DNA from: an uncultured Bacilli bacterium
Lineage (GTDB): Bacteria > Bacillota_I > Bacilli_A > RF39 > UBA660
Direction of reading: 5' to 3'
Length of the DNA: 64,000 nucleotides
Assembly: GCA_910577075.1 (NCBI GenBank)
Contig: CAJTKV010000001.1
Coordinates: 6,355-70,354, forward strand
The notes beneath the pieces are model-generated. The model was not told the origin of the DNA and made no database searches. It saw only the letters and a list, made by a program, of their open reading frames with translations. Within the stretch, counting starts at the first letter, position 1, and each line of letters begins with the position of its first letter. Shown here piece by piece: positions 1 through 9,989 of this stretch. Made by a program: the position numbers and the translations under genes.

Positions 1-1426
1 TATCCATCGCGATTAGATGCTTATAGGCATTTAAATACTCAGGAGCTAATCTTCCACATTTAATATCCAATTGTATATTATTATTGGGAAATTTATTTCG
101 ATATTCTTGAAGTAAGACGATAGATTTGACAATTGAATTGCGGAAAGTAAAATTCTCATCTAAATATGCATCAATATTTTCAAGTTTTTCCATTGTCATT
201 GAAGTATAATCGACTATCTGAAATCTCTTTATTATTTCATCATAGAATTCTTTATTTTCCGGTTCTTCTACAGATAATTTCTTAGCAGTACTAACTAATT
301 CTTTATAGAGTTCACGTATTACATCATTTCCACTTATATTGTCGACAAAATCAAATATTTTTATCTGCTTTTTTCTTGCTGAAAATGATAAAGCACGACC
401 AATTTGCTGCAAATATACGGTTGGAGACATCGTCTTTCTAAACATTAAAATACCATCTAAATCTTCAATGTGAAAACCTTCATTAAAAATATCGACAGCG
501 AACATTAAACTTAGTGCATCACTTTTTTCTTCAAAATCCTCTATTTGGCCGCGATTAACATCTTTTTTTTGTGCACTGTGAGCCTGATACATTTTAATCT
601 CGCCTATATCTTTAAACCATGTCTTGGCTTCTTGCATTTTTTGTTTTAAATCTTTTATATTTTTACAAAATACGATATACTTCTCTCCTGAATGTACGCC
701 ATATTTCTTAAGTAAATCGGCAACGGAAGAATTATCCTTAATATCCGAACCAATTTCATCTAATATCTTTTGGATATCTAATATTTCCTTTGTCTTCGGT
801 AATTTATCTAACTTTTTCTTTACTCTTTCATACTTGTCCTTACAAGATATAATAGAATTAATATAAAGAGGCGCTGGTAACAATAATTTTAAAATAGCTT
901 CGGCAACATTTAATTTGCTTGCACAATGGCCATCAAAAAAGTTCTCGCATACATCCATATAATCATCTAAATAACGAATACCGGTCGCTGTTAAACCAAT
1001 CATTTTTTTATCTTCGTGTTTCAAAACCTCTTCTTTAATGCCCTCAACTATCTTGCCCCACTCTTTTGCTCCACAGTGATGCGCCTCATCAAAGACAATA
1101 CAATCATAATCCTCAACTATTTTTTTCGGATCATATTTAATTAAATTATGATATATAAGTGTATCAAACTTTAAAAAGTCTTCCTTCTTCATTCCAAGAG
1201 TATGCATTTGCTTGCCAAATAATTGATCAAACATTTCATCATGCAAACTAATAAATAGAATTCTTTTATGACGCATCTTGGTAAACAAATATTTAAGAAT
1301 TATAAAAGATTTACCAGTACCTGTAGCATGCTCAATAAAAGAAAGAGGATATTTAAGTAAACATTCAACTAAAGCTCTGTAGGCTTTTTCATTATGCGAA
1401 AATAATTTTATATCATCTTCACCCAT
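1..1426 (-). CDS. SF2 helicase (DEAD/DEAH-like, Res-subunit type), C-terminus runs off window start
   Basis: Absent from ORF track because it has no stop in the window. Own translation from ATG 1426..1424 (AAGGGGG RBS upstream): MGEDDIKLFSHNEKAY..EHATGTGKS (Walker A), FDEAHH (motif II), GLTATG (III), QQIGRALS (VI). Open to base 1. Confidence 0.8.
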   Translation of the reverse strand, partial: MGEDDIKLFSHNEKAYRALVECLLKYPLSFIEHATGTGKSFIILKYLFTKMRHKRILFISLHDEMFDQLFGKQMHTLGMKKEDFLKFDTLIYHNLIKYDPKKIVEDYDCIVFDEAHHCGAKEWGKIVEGIKEEVLKHEDKKMIGLTATGIRYLDDYMDVCENFFDGHCASKLNVAEAILKLLLPAPLYINSIISCKDKYERVKKKLDKLPKTKEILDIQKILDEIGSDIKDNSSVADLLKKYGVHSGEKYIVFCKNIKDLKQKMQEAKTWFKDIGEIKMYQAHSAQKKDVNRGQIEDFEEKSDALSLMFAVDIFNEGFHIEDLDGILMFRKTMSPTVYLQQIGRALSFSARKKQIKIFDFVDNISGNDVIRELYKELVSTAKKLSVEEPENKEFYDEIIKRFQIVDYTSMTMEKLENIDAYLDENFTFRNSIVKSIVLLQEYRNKFPNNNIQLDIKCGRLAPEYLNAYKHLIAMD

Positions 1427-1552
1427 TAATACACCCCCTTTTTATCCATTTATTCTAAGAATAAAATTATATCATATTATAACACATATTTAGATAAAGT
1501 AAAATTACATATCACTCTTGTTGTTATACAATAATTTTTTGATGGTTTAAAA

Positions 1553-1576
1553 CAAAAAAGACTCATAATCGAGTCT
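1553..1576 (-). terminator. Rho-independent terminator after surface-protein gene
   Basis: agactc-ataatc-gagtct hairpin (1559..1576) directly after the stop at 1577. Followed on the minus strand by a T6 run. Confidence 0.6.
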
Positions 1577-4500
1577 TTATTCATGACGTTTCTTAATAAT
1601 AATCATTGCAATTATCATAATCAATATAGCTAATGAAATAACTATCAAGTATCTTGTCCAAGGATTTTTCTTTTCTTTTTCCTCATTAACTACTTGTAAT
1701 TTTGTCGTCGTTTCCATAGATGCAGCTTTAGAAGTTGTCTTATTACCTGATGGCAATTCTTCATTTATATCATTAGTAGTTACTGTTGTTGTTTTTCTTG
1801 TTGTTGTTGTATTTCCGTTTCCTTGTGGTTTATTCGTAACAGTATTATTTGTTACTTTTTTCGTTGTATTAACTTTATTTGTTGTTTTCTTTGTTGTATT
1901 ATTTTTTATTGTCGTTGTAACCCTCTTAGATGTAGTTGTCTTTCTTGATGTTGTAGTTGACTTAGTTGTCGGCTTAGTTGTTGGTTTGGTTGTCGGAGTA
2001 GTAGGTCTTACAAGCGAACCATTGCCATGAGCATCTATCCAATCAACCATTAGTCTAACACTGTTAGAGTTACCTGCTCTATCGACAAATTTTAAAGTAA
2101 ATGTGCCATTTTCTGTAAAAGTATAAGTAAATGCATTCTTTGAATAAATTTGATTTCCATCTTCATCAACATTATCAGTTTTATAATTAGTAACTTTTAT
2201 CGCTTCGCTCGGTGTAATCGTAACTAATACATCCCCATCCGTATCTTTTGAAGGATTATATGTTGCTTTAACAGTAGGTACAGTCGTATCAATCCAGTCA
2301 ACTTTGGCCTTAGCTGATCCTGTTACTCCGGTCTTCTTGTCTTTGAATTCAAATGTGAATTCGCCATTCTTTGTGAATGTATAAGTGTTTTTTCCTCCGT
2401 TATTTGTTATTACGATATCCGTGCTTGGATTTATTAGTCTTGCTACTACTTCCTTGTTCGTCGGATTCGTTGTACTATATCCTACTCCAGCTGTTGGATG
2501 CGGATTTTTTGTTATGTCTTGATAGAAGTTGAAGGCTCTGGCTGCAAACCAATTTCCATTCGTTCTATCCGCTACTATTTTGACATATTGTACTTCTCTT
2601 GGATCGGCTATTTCAAATTTTTTAGTCATCGCTATGGCTTGTTCATTTGTATTCGCCTGACTTGGATAGCTTTGGTTCTTTAATTCACTTAGTTTTATCC
2701 ATGTTTTTCCGTCCATACTTCCGTATACTGTTCCATCGACTATTCTTCCGTTTCCTCCTCCAGCTGGTACGAATTCTACGGCTGATAAGTATACCGGATT
2801 ATCAAGTTTTATTGTTATATATCTCTCTGTATCTGTTCCATTCCATGCTGAATGGTATCTTGTATTATAGTTTCCATCTATGGCATTTACTGCTGATCCC
2901 CCATTACTTACCGCTTCTGTTGAGACCGCTTCTTTGGTTAAATGCGATACTGGTATGTATTTTCGCGTATTTGGTTGATTATCTTCTGTGAATGTGTATG
3001 TTACTGTATCACTTGCTAGTTTTGTTCCTGTTGCTCCTATTCTTAACTCTACGATCTTATTTCCCGTTAAGTCTGGACTCTTACTTGCATAACTTGTCCA
3101 CGTACTCGTTCCCTGCATTCTCCACTCGGCTGTTAAACTAACTCCTACTACACGATTTTCTAAATCATTGGCAAAGTACGTTGCTGGCACACTTCCCTTT
3201 GTTATATCTATCTTATACAAATTCTCTTCATTATAGTTTACTCCGACTATATGTATGTAGATATCTTTTTCTGCTGTTATTGCACTTATCTCTTTATTAC
3301 TTAGTAGCCACTTATGTTCTTCTTCTGCGGTAAATGAGACCTCTTTCCACGTCTTCTTTCCATCTATACTATAATCCCATCTTACTCCATTTCCATTAAA
3401 TCTATCGGATAATACTATCTTATTGGCATCTTCTCCATCAAATGAGAATGTTGCAATTGTCTTATCTAATCTTCCCAATAAGTAATTGGCCTCTAACCTA
3501 GTAACTCCAGGTTGAACTACTGTAAAACTATCTTCTGTATTATTAGGCAATACACTTCCCTCAGTTAATATTCTCGTTTGCATTAAGGTAAACCTATATT
3601 GGTTTGCTACGCTTTCCATCTTCGGTTTAATCAAATCTGTCGCATTTTGCATTGGTAATGGATAATATTTTAGGGCTTCCCCTATTTCTTCTGCTAATCT
3701 ATAATAGTCTTCTTCTGTTTTGGTTCCCTTTTCATTGTAGACATTAATTAAACCAAGCCATGCATCAAAATTTATAGACTGGATTTCTAGCGCTTTTCGA
3801 TAAATTTCTTCTTGTTTTGCCAAATCACTGCTATAAACTTTAGCTAACATTACTAATTCTTCAGCCGTTATTAAGTTTTCATGATCATTTATTGCTGCTT
3901 GTTCATATTCCATATAAACACCAGTCGAATAACCGCTAGTATAACTTCCCGTGCTCCATCCAAGTAATCTTGCACTTTTTCCTGTCAAAGTCCATCCAGA
4001 TACGTCATTATCAAGTCTCCAATATCCTCGACCTTCCGCATCTTTAGTATAAAATAACAATGCAGCATGTCCCGGTTGTCCAACAACTATCGCTGGAATT
4101 CCATGTGTACCGCGAATGTTTGCTCCACTTTTAGAAATTCCACCACATACAGCTCCTGTTCCAAATTTATTTCGGAAATTCATCCATACTTTATACAATT
4201 TGTAATCCGCATTTCCTCTTGTAACTTTTAATCTATACTCTTTTACATTTTTTCCTCCAGGTATAACAAACTCGGAATCAAATAGTCCAACCTTTGTTGC
4301 GTCGCTTGACAAACTTTTACCTACATTATCACTTGATTTACTTACTGCAAATAACTCATTAAAATAATCAATATTGGCTGGATCATAATAGATCGGATTA
4401 CCATAATTTGGCCACACATAAGCCATATAAGGATGCGGAGTTATATATCTCCATACATTATTCGGATTTCTATCCACATTATCCTGAACATATTTATTCA

Positions 4501-5755
4501 ACCACAAAATTTCTTCATCATCGATATTATTACTCAAAAGAATACGCATTTCTTCAACATGCAAATCCTCAAAAACATGAGTCATGTCCATGCTATTTGA
4601 AATCTTTAGTTTATTATTCTTATGCATATATTTATATATTGCATAACGTCTCAATGGATCCGAATCATTTTCTCCATTTGCAGCATTTTGCATCCATAAT
4701 CCTACCCTTTGTGAATGCGTTAATGCAATGGAAATAGCCATTCTTTTATACAAATTCCCATATGTCATATTAGGAGTAGTAGGATTATTTAATAATCGAG
4801 TAATTTGAAAATCAGTAGAATATTCTTTATAAAGTTTTGAAAGAACATTAAGTGAATTATAGTAACTTCCTCCATCGGGAAGACCACCCAAAACATAATA
4901 TCTCAAATTTTCTAAATCATTGAATAACCAATTAAAAGTTTTTTCGTTGTCGGTACTCTCCTCAATGAATCTTCTTAAAGCATAAGATCCTGCTCGACTT
5001 GCTAACTCTCTTTGTAACAAAGTAAGCTCATAATCTTTATTAGTTAATGATGAATTTGAATAATCATTTTTTATTTTCTTATCTAATTCGCCAATATCAA
5101 TTACCTGATTATCTTCCAAATCATTAGTTAATTTGGCATCAGCATAAACTGCATGATCATTTCCATTATTGCCATTATTATCAGCATATAACTTTAAATA
5201 TTTTGCTCCCTTAATATTAACTTTTGCTTCTATAGCATTCATACCAGGCTTAACTACTATTGGATTCTCATCTGTTTTTAAAGTCCAATTTACACCATCA
5301 TTAGAAGTATATATGTAAAATTTTACGCCATTGCTTGAACTTGCTGCTGTTTGATTCAAGCCCATAAAAGCGGTAAAATACTCATAATTATAATTACTAA
5401 TATCATAGACAAGTGTTGAATTAGCATGGGCCCACATTCCCTTTTCAAAAGTGTAATAGGCATTTTCAACTTTTACTGCTATTTTGCCTCCAGCAGATGT
5501 TGTATCTTTTAATATACTACCCCATTGTACACTTGATTGGTTAGCTATATAATCAATATCTGATAAATATACCCCTTCATCTCCTATTGCTGCTAAATAA
5601 GTATTTGATTGCCATGAATAATCAAACACGTCCATATCTAACTTGCTATAATTATTATACTTTATACAAAAATTAGCAATGGTAACAATTAATACTGCTA
5701 CACATAAACTTAAAGCAATTTTCTTTTGTTTTTGTAATTCTTCCATTTTTTTCAT
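1577..5755 (-). CDS. Large multidomain cell-surface protein (NPCBM-like + Cys/His/Asp core + TPR-like + F5/8 type C + Ig-like repeats + Thr-rich stalk + C-terminal TM anchor)
   Basis: 1392-aa ORF with N-terminal signal anchor. NPCBM-like segment: GMWAHANSTLVYDISNYNYEYFTAFMGLNQ..VKFYIYTSNDG. Discoidin-like segment: AVNAIDGNYNTRYHSAWNG. Two repeats end in VDWID. PTTKPTTKPTTK stalk, TM helix LIVISLAILIMIIAMIII plus KKRHE tail. No LPXTG. Confidence 0.85.
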   Translation of the reverse strand: MKKMEELQKQKKIALSLCVAVLIVTIANFCIKYNNYSKLDMDVFDYSWQSNTYLAAIGDEGVYLSDIDYIANQSSVQWGSILKDTTSAGGKIAVKVENAYYTFEKGMWAHANSTLVYDISNYNYEYFTAFMGLNQTAASSSNGVKFYIYTSNDGVNWTLKTDENPIVVKPGMNAIEAKVNIKGAKYLKLYADNNGNNGNDHAVYADAKLTNDLEDNQVIDIGELDKKIKNDYSNSSLTNKDYELTLLQRELASRAGSYALRRFIEESTDNEKTFNWLFNDLENLRYYVLGGLPDGGSYYNSLNVLSKLYKEYSTDFQITRLLNNPTTPNMTYGNLYKRMAISIALTHSQRVGLWMQNAANGENDSDPLRRYAIYKYMHKNNKLKISNSMDMTHVFEDLHVEEMRILLSNNIDDEEILWLNKYVQDNVDRNPNNVWRYITPHPYMAYVWPNYGNPIYYDPANIDYFNELFAVSKSSDNVGKSLSSDATKVGLFDSEFVIPGGKNVKEYRLKVTRGNADYKLYKVWMNFRNKFGTGAVCGGISKSGANIRGTHGIPAIVVGQPGHAALLFYTKDAEGRGYWRLDNDVSGWTLTGKSARLLGWSTGSYTSGYSTGVYMEYEQAAINDHENLITAEELVMLAKVYSSDLAKQEEIYRKALEIQSINFDAWLGLINVYNEKGTKTEEDYYRLAEEIGEALKYYPLPMQNATDLIKPKMESVANQYRFTLMQTRILTEGSVLPNNTEDSFTVVQPGVTRLEANYLLGRLDKTIATFSFDGEDANKIVLSDRFNGNGVRWDYSIDGKKTWKEVSFTAEEEHKWLLSNKEISAITAEKDIYIHIVGVNYNEENLYKIDITKGSVPATYFANDLENRVVGVSLTAEWRMQGTSTWTSYASKSPDLTGNKIVELRIGATGTKLASDTVTYTFTEDNQPNTRKYIPVSHLTKEAVSTEAVSNGGSAVNAIDGNYNTRYHSAWNGTDTERYITIKLDNPVYLSAVEFVPAGGGNGRIVDGTVYGSMDGKTWIKLSELKNQSYPSQANTNEQAIAMTKKFEIADPREVQYVKIVADRTNGNWFAARAFNFYQDITKNPHPTAGVGYSTTNPTNKEVVARLINPSTDIVITNNGGKNTYTFTKNGEFTFEFKDKKTGVTGSAKAKVDWIDTTVPTVKATYNPSKDTDGDVLVTITPSEAIKVTNYKTDNVDEDGNQIYSKNAFTYTFTENGTFTLKFVDRAGNSNSVRLMVDWIDAHGNGSLVRPTTPTTKPTTKPTTKSTTTSRKTTTSKRVTTTIKNNTTKKTTNKVNTTKKVTNNTVTNKPQGNGNTTTTRKTTTVTTNDINEELPSGNKTTSKAASMETTTKLQVVNEEKEKKNPWTRYLIVISLAILIMIIAMIIIKKRHE
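1961..1996 (-). repeat. 3 x 12-bp tandem repeat inside the stalk-coding region
   Basis: cttagttgtcgg / cttagttgttgg / tttggttgtcgg read directly. Encodes PTTK PTTK PTTK on the minus strand. Slippage-prone coding repeat. Confidence 0.8.
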
Positions 5756-5929
5756 TACTTCTCAACTCCTAAAATTCTTTTTTTGATTACTTTTCTTCTT
5801 GCTTAATACTATTATATAAAATCTTGGAATTTTGAGAATAATATTTCAATCAAATTTGTATATATTTACATAAATTTGATACAATAATTGTGTAAAAACT
5901 TGTGTACACATTCTCATAAATTTACACAT

Positions 5930-5954
5930 CAAAAAAACAAGAATATTTCTTGTT
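5930..5954 (-). terminator. Rho-independent terminator
   Basis: aacaagaa-tat-ttcttgtt hairpin abutting the stop at 5955. T-run follows on the minus strand. Confidence 0.55.
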
Positions 5955-6392
5955 CTATAGATCTTTCTTTTTTGTTAAAACGATATCAAGTTTCTCAATA
6001 CATTCAAACACTTTCTCAAACTCTGAATAGATATTTAGCTTTTCTTCATCTGACACATTCATCAATACTCGATTAACAGATTCCTTATAATTCCTTTTAG
6101 TTTCCTTATTTAGACTATTCCAGTCAATATTGGCAAAATATTTGAGATACTCTTGATTTAAAGGAAGTTTATCTTGCAATAGCAAAACTGCAATAACTGG
6201 GTAACCTGGATATCCTTGCCAATATGTCGAATTATCATTCGAATAATAAACGTTATCTTTCCATTTTATTAAATATTCTTTTTCACCATTGCTCGATTTT
6301 ACAATAGCATGATCATCAAATAAAGTTATTCTCTCATCTTGAATAGCTGAATAAGCTTCTGGTATCTTTTCAATAGGTGGTAATTTTATCAT
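5955..6392 (-). CDS. Hypothetical protein (145 aa)
   Basis: Clean ORF with its own terminator. No motif I can recognise. Confidence 0.6.
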   Translation of the reverse strand: MIKLPPIEKIPEAYSAIQDERITLFDDHAIVKSSNGEKEYLIKWKDNVYYSNDNSTYWQGYPGYPVIAVLLLQDKLPLNQEYLKYFANIDWNSLNKETKRNYKESVNRVLMNVSDEEKLNIYSEFEKVFECIEKLDIVLTKKKDL

Positions 6393-6430
6393 ATCTTCAT
6401 CTTCTTTCTTATAATTATAATATCAATTAT

Positions 6431-6462
6431 TAAAAAAAGTTGCAAGATTAACACCTTGCAGC
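6431..6462 (-). terminator. Rho-independent terminator overlapping the SDR 3' end
   Basis: gttgcaag-attaacac-cttgcagc hairpin followed by T7 on the minus strand. Spans the stop codon at 6448. Confidence 0.5.
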
Positions 6463-7185
6463 TCCATCAACGGATAATATCTCTCCAGTTATATAACTTG
6501 CCATATCACTTGCCAAAAACAAAAAGGCATTGGCAACATCGCTTGGCTGCCCTATTCTTCCCAATGGGATAGTCTTAATTAATGGCTCAATCATCTCTTT
6601 TGGAAGATTTGCCACCATATCGGTATTTGTTATTCCAGGAGCAACAGCATTAACTCTAATATTGGAAGGAGCTAATTCCCTTGCTAAGGATTTTGTCAGT
6701 CCATTTACGGCAAATTTTGAAGCAGGATATCCTACTCCAGAAGGTTGACCATAAATACTTACCATTGAACTAGTGTTTAATATTACTCCTCCACCATTTT
6801 CTTTCATAAATGGAACAACTGCCTTAGTAGCATTAAACATTGCATTAACATTCAAATCCATGATATTTGCAAAATCATCAACCGTTGTCTCTTCAATTTT
6901 TTTATTAGCTGAAATTCCTGCATTATTTATTAAAATATCTATATGGCCATAATTTCTTTTGATTTTTTTCATTACATTAGTCAATTCCTCATAATTATAT
7001 AGATTTGGATAATATCCTTTTACTATTAATCCCTCTTCCTTTAGGTTTTTTAACGCTTTATCAACAGTTTCTTTTTTTGATCCAAATAAAACCACATCAG
7101 CTCCATTCTTTTTAAAAAGGCGAACAGTTTCTAATCCTATTCCTCTCGTTCCCCCAGTTATAATTGCTACTCGACCTTCTAACAT
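6448..7185 (-). CDS. Short-chain dehydrogenase/reductase, FabG-like
   Basis: TGGTRGIG cofactor motif, NNAG, catalytic YPASK. AAGGAGG RBS. Confidence 0.85.
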   Translation of the reverse strand: MLEGRVAIITGGTRGIGLETVRLFKKNGADVVLFGSKKETVDKALKNLKEEGLIVKGYYPNLYNYEELTNVMKKIKRNYGHIDILINNAGISANKKIEETTVDDFANIMDLNVNAMFNATKAVVPFMKENGGGVILNTSSMVSIYGQPSGVGYPASKFAVNGLTKSLARELAPSNIRVNAVAPGITNTDMVANLPKEMIEPLIKTIPLGRIGQPSDVANAFLFLASDMASYITGEILSVDGAARC

Positions 7186-7241
7186 CTCATATCCTCCTTA
7201 TATATTTATATATTAACCCAAAACCCTTACTTTAATCAATA

Positions 7242-7268
7242 CAAAAAGAAGTAATTTTTATTACTTCT
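7242..7268 (-). terminator. Rho-independent terminator
   Basis: agaagtaat-tttt-attacttct 9-bp stem overlapping the stop at 7267. T5 run follows on the minus strand. Confidence 0.6.
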
Positions 7269-7521
7269 AATCTTTACTCTTAAATGGATGTCTAAATTTA
7301 TACTTTAATTCATTATTAATAATCTTAATAGCAGTATCATAAATCTTTTTGGCTTCTTTTATTTCAACATCTAATCTCCCGACTAATTCATCGATTATTT
7401 TATTCTTACTCTTCTTGCTTATAAAGAAATTACTTTCAAGTATTTCATTAATTATCAAGCATGAATTTTCATCATAGTTTAGTTCTTGAGCCAATTTTAA
7501 AATAAATTCCTTCTTATTCAT
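7267..7521 (-). CDS. Small hypothetical protein with HU-like N-terminal helices
   Basis: 84 aa. The MNKKEFILKLAQELNYDENS start resembles HU/IHF N-termini, but no beta-arm is evident. Start overlaps the stop of the upstream XRE gene, indicating coupling. Confidence 0.5.
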   Translation of the reverse strand: MNKKEFILKLAQELNYDENSCLIINEILESNFFISKKSKNKIIDELVGRLDVEIKEAKKIYDTAIKIINNELKYKFRHPFKSKD

Positions 7522-8431
7522 CTATATCACCATACATAATTCCCTTTGAATCAAGTTGTATTTCATAACCATATTGAAAAATATAGGCAATACTAAATAA
7601 GAATAAAACTTCAATCAGACTGAATAATTCAAATCCGACATTTAAATCAGCATTTAAGACTATTTCAAATATCACTCCTATGATGCCAGGAAGTAAAGTC
7701 ACCACAATCATTAAATATGCTATTTTCTTTATATGATTTACATTTTCTAAAGTAAATGGCGTATCTCCCTTATTAATATTATCAAACAATTTACTTAAGG
7801 ACTTCAACATAATCCTAATCAATATTATAAAAATAAGTAGACATAAAAATCCCGTTTCTAAATATCCCAAGATGGCATATTTGGAATTATTATTTAACAT
7901 ATCTTTCATCTTCAATACATAAAATTGATCTTCTATTTCATAAGTATCCTTTTCATTAACTTGCATCTTGATTTTATCTTGTTCATATAGTAAGACAATT
8001 TTATCCTTATTATTAAATGTTATCTCGTTTTCTTTAATGTCTACTTTTGTAGCAAATACTCCTAAGAAAATCATTGTTGCAATAACTACTGGAATAACAA
8101 CTAAAACTAGAGTAGACATTATTTTTGCTATGACAGATATTGCCTTACTTAATCCCTTCATTTTCCTTTGTTGTTCTTTTTTTAATTTAACGACATTTTC
8201 ACGAACATCTTCATCAAATGAGTCAACATCGATTATACTATCATTTACTAGTTCATTGATATGACAATGAAAAATTTTGCACAACTCCAAAATGTTATTC
8301 ATTTCCGGATAGGCATCTCCTGTCTCCCATTTGCTCACACTCTGTCTCGATACATTGACTCTCTCCGCTAATTCCTCTTGGCTTATTTTTTTAGCCCTTC
8401 TCAACTTCTTTAAATTATCTCCAAATTTCAT
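7514..8431 (-). CDS. XRE-family HTH regulator fused to a multi-TM (DUF2975-like) domain
   Basis: N-terminus LKKLRRAKKISQEELAERVNVSRQSVSKWETG is a classic Cro/C1 HTH, followed by about 4 hydrophobic helices. AAAGGAG RBS. Confidence 0.8.
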   Translation of the reverse strand: MKFGDNLKKLRRAKKISQEELAERVNVSRQSVSKWETGDAYPEMNNILELCKIFHCHINELVNDSIIDVDSFDEDVRENVVKLKKEQQRKMKGLSKAISVIAKIMSTLVLVVIPVVIATMIFLGVFATKVDIKENEITFNNKDKIVLLYEQDKIKMQVNEKDTYEIEDQFYVLKMKDMLNNNSKYAILGYLETGFLCLLIFIILIRIMLKSLSKLFDNINKGDTPFTLENVNHIKKIAYLMIVVTLLPGIIGVIFEIVLNADLNVGFELFSLIEVLFLFSIAYIFQYGYEIQLDSKGIMYGDIDE

Positions 8432-8623
8432 ATTTTTTCTCCTTTTCTAAGCTCATTTTAAAACATAAATAGTAGTAAAACTATCAACTTTCAGTTGCAT
8501 ATAAAATAAAAGAAGTAAACTTTTAAAATGTAACCTATAAAGTGGACTCTTAAAAAAAGAGAGACCTACTTTATAGGTTTTTATTATGTCTTATTGTATA
8601 ATATAAGAAAGTTGGTGGTAATA

Positions 8624-9064
8624 ATGTCAAAAATATTATTTACAAATGCTCAAGTAAAAAAGCTTAGTAAAAATAAATGGAGAAAAAATATAACAAATAA
8701 AAGTATAACTTACACTGATGAATTTAAATATAAATTGGTAAAAGAATGTGAAAATTATAAAAAATTTCCTCAAGATGTATTTAAAGAGTGTGGTATAGAT
8801 CCAGAAATTGTTGGAGAAAGAAGAATATCAAATTCAGCTTATAGATGGAGAAAACAATTAAATTCTACTGGTGAAATAACAGATACTAGAAAAGAATATT
8901 CTGGAAGAACCTTGGAACGAGAATTATCAGATAAAGAAAAACTTAAACGAGCTGAAGCTAGAATAAAATTACTTGAAGCAGAAAATGAATTATTAAAAAA
9001 AAACGAACTGATAGAAATGGGAATTTTAACAGATATCAAATCAATATCAAATTTGAAACAATAA
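8624..9064 (+). CDS. IS3 transposase OrfA (HTH / leucine zipper part)
   Basis: ATG at 8624 after a GGTGGT RBS. The track ORF starts at an upstream TTG. Contains the coiled-coil LKRAEARIKLLEAENELLKK typical of IS3 OrfA. Confidence 0.8.
   Translation: MSKILFTNAQVKKLSKNKWRKNITNKSITYTDEFKYKLVKECENYKKFPQDVFKECGIDPEIVGERRISNSAYRWRKQLNSTGEITDTRKEYSGRTLERELSDKEKLKRAEARIKLLEAENELLKKNELIEMGILTDIKSISNLKQ
8995..9003 (+). promoter_or_regulatory. Programmed -1 ribosomal frameshift slippery run (A9)
   Basis: A9 run near the orfA 3' end. Reading -1 from it gives KKKRTDRNGNFNRYQINIKFETIKYIIDRYELKGMTTYLCE, continuous with orfB. The orfB frame equals the orfA frame minus 1. Confidence 0.75.
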
Positions 9065-9096
9065 AATATATTATTGATAGATATGAATTAAAAGGA

Positions 9097-9945
9097 ATGA
9101 CAACATATTTATGTGAATGTATTGGTGTTTCTAAATCAGGATATTATAATTATTTAAAAAATGAAAATAAAAGAATTGAAAGAGATAATAAAGACCAAAA
9201 AGAGTTTGATTTAATATTAAAAGCCTACAAATTCAAAAAACGCAAAAAAGGTGCTAGACAAATATTAATGGTACTTGATAATGAATTTAATGTTCATTTT
9301 AATCTTAAAAAGATAAGAAGATTAATGAAAAAATTCGGATTAAAATGTCCTATAAGACAAGCTAACCCATATAGAAGAATGATGAAAGCAACTCAAGAAC
9401 ATACTACTTGTGAAAATATTGTTAATCGTGTATTTAAAACTGGGCTACCATATAATGTGCTTTTAACCGATATAACATATTTATTTTATGGTAATAATAA
9501 AAAGTGTTATTTATCAACTATTAAAGATGCTGAAACTAATGAGATACTCGCTTATTATATAAGTGAAAATATGACGTTAGATATTTCTTTAGAAACAATA
9601 AAAAAACTACATCGTAAGAAAAATGTAGTATTAAATGAAAATGTAATTGTTCATTCAGATCAAGGCGTTCATTATACAATTCCAAAATTTCATAATTTAT
9701 TAAAAAAATATAATATTCAACAGTCTATGTCTAGAAGAGGAAATTGTTGGGATAATGCTCCTCAAGAATCATACTTCGGTCATATGAAAGATGAATTAAA
9801 TTTAGATACTTGTTTCACTTTTAGAGATGTATGCAATGAAATAAAAGATTATATTGAATATTATAATAATTATAGATATCAATGGAATTTAAAAAAAATG
9901 ACTCCAGTTCAATACCGAAATCATTTATTTGCAACCATTGTCTAA
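9097..9945 (+). CDS. IS3 transposase OrfB (DDE integrase core), expressed as OrfAB fusion
   Basis: LLTDITY..HSDQGVHYT..RRGNCWDNAPQESYFGHMK is the rve/DDE signature. Confidence 0.85.
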   Translation: MTTYLCECIGVSKSGYYNYLKNENKRIERDNKDQKEFDLILKAYKFKKRKKGARQILMVLDNEFNVHFNLKKIRRLMKKFGLKCPIRQANPYRRMMKATQEHTTCENIVNRVFKTGLPYNVLLTDITYLFYGNNKKCYLSTIKDAETNEILAYYISENMTLDISLETIKKLHRKKNVVLNENVIVHSDQGVHYTIPKFHNLLKKYNIQQSMSRRGNCWDNAPQESYFGHMKDELNLDTCFTFRDVCNEIKDYIEYYNNYRYQWNLKKMTPVQYRNHLFATIV

Positions 9946-9989
9946 ACTCTCTTTTTTTATTTAGTCCTTGACATTGGGTACATTTTATT

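Larger units (their letters stand above)
8524..9987 (+). mobile_element. IS3-family insertion sequence, apparently intact (about 1.46 kb)
   Basis: Imperfect terminal inverted repeats TAAAATGTAACC..GGACT..AAAAAAAGAGAG (8524-8563) versus the reverse complement of 9947-9987. orfA and orfB are in 0/-1 frames. Flanked by TTT on both sides as a possible 3-bp duplication, which is weak evidence in AT-rich DNA. Confidence 0.85.
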
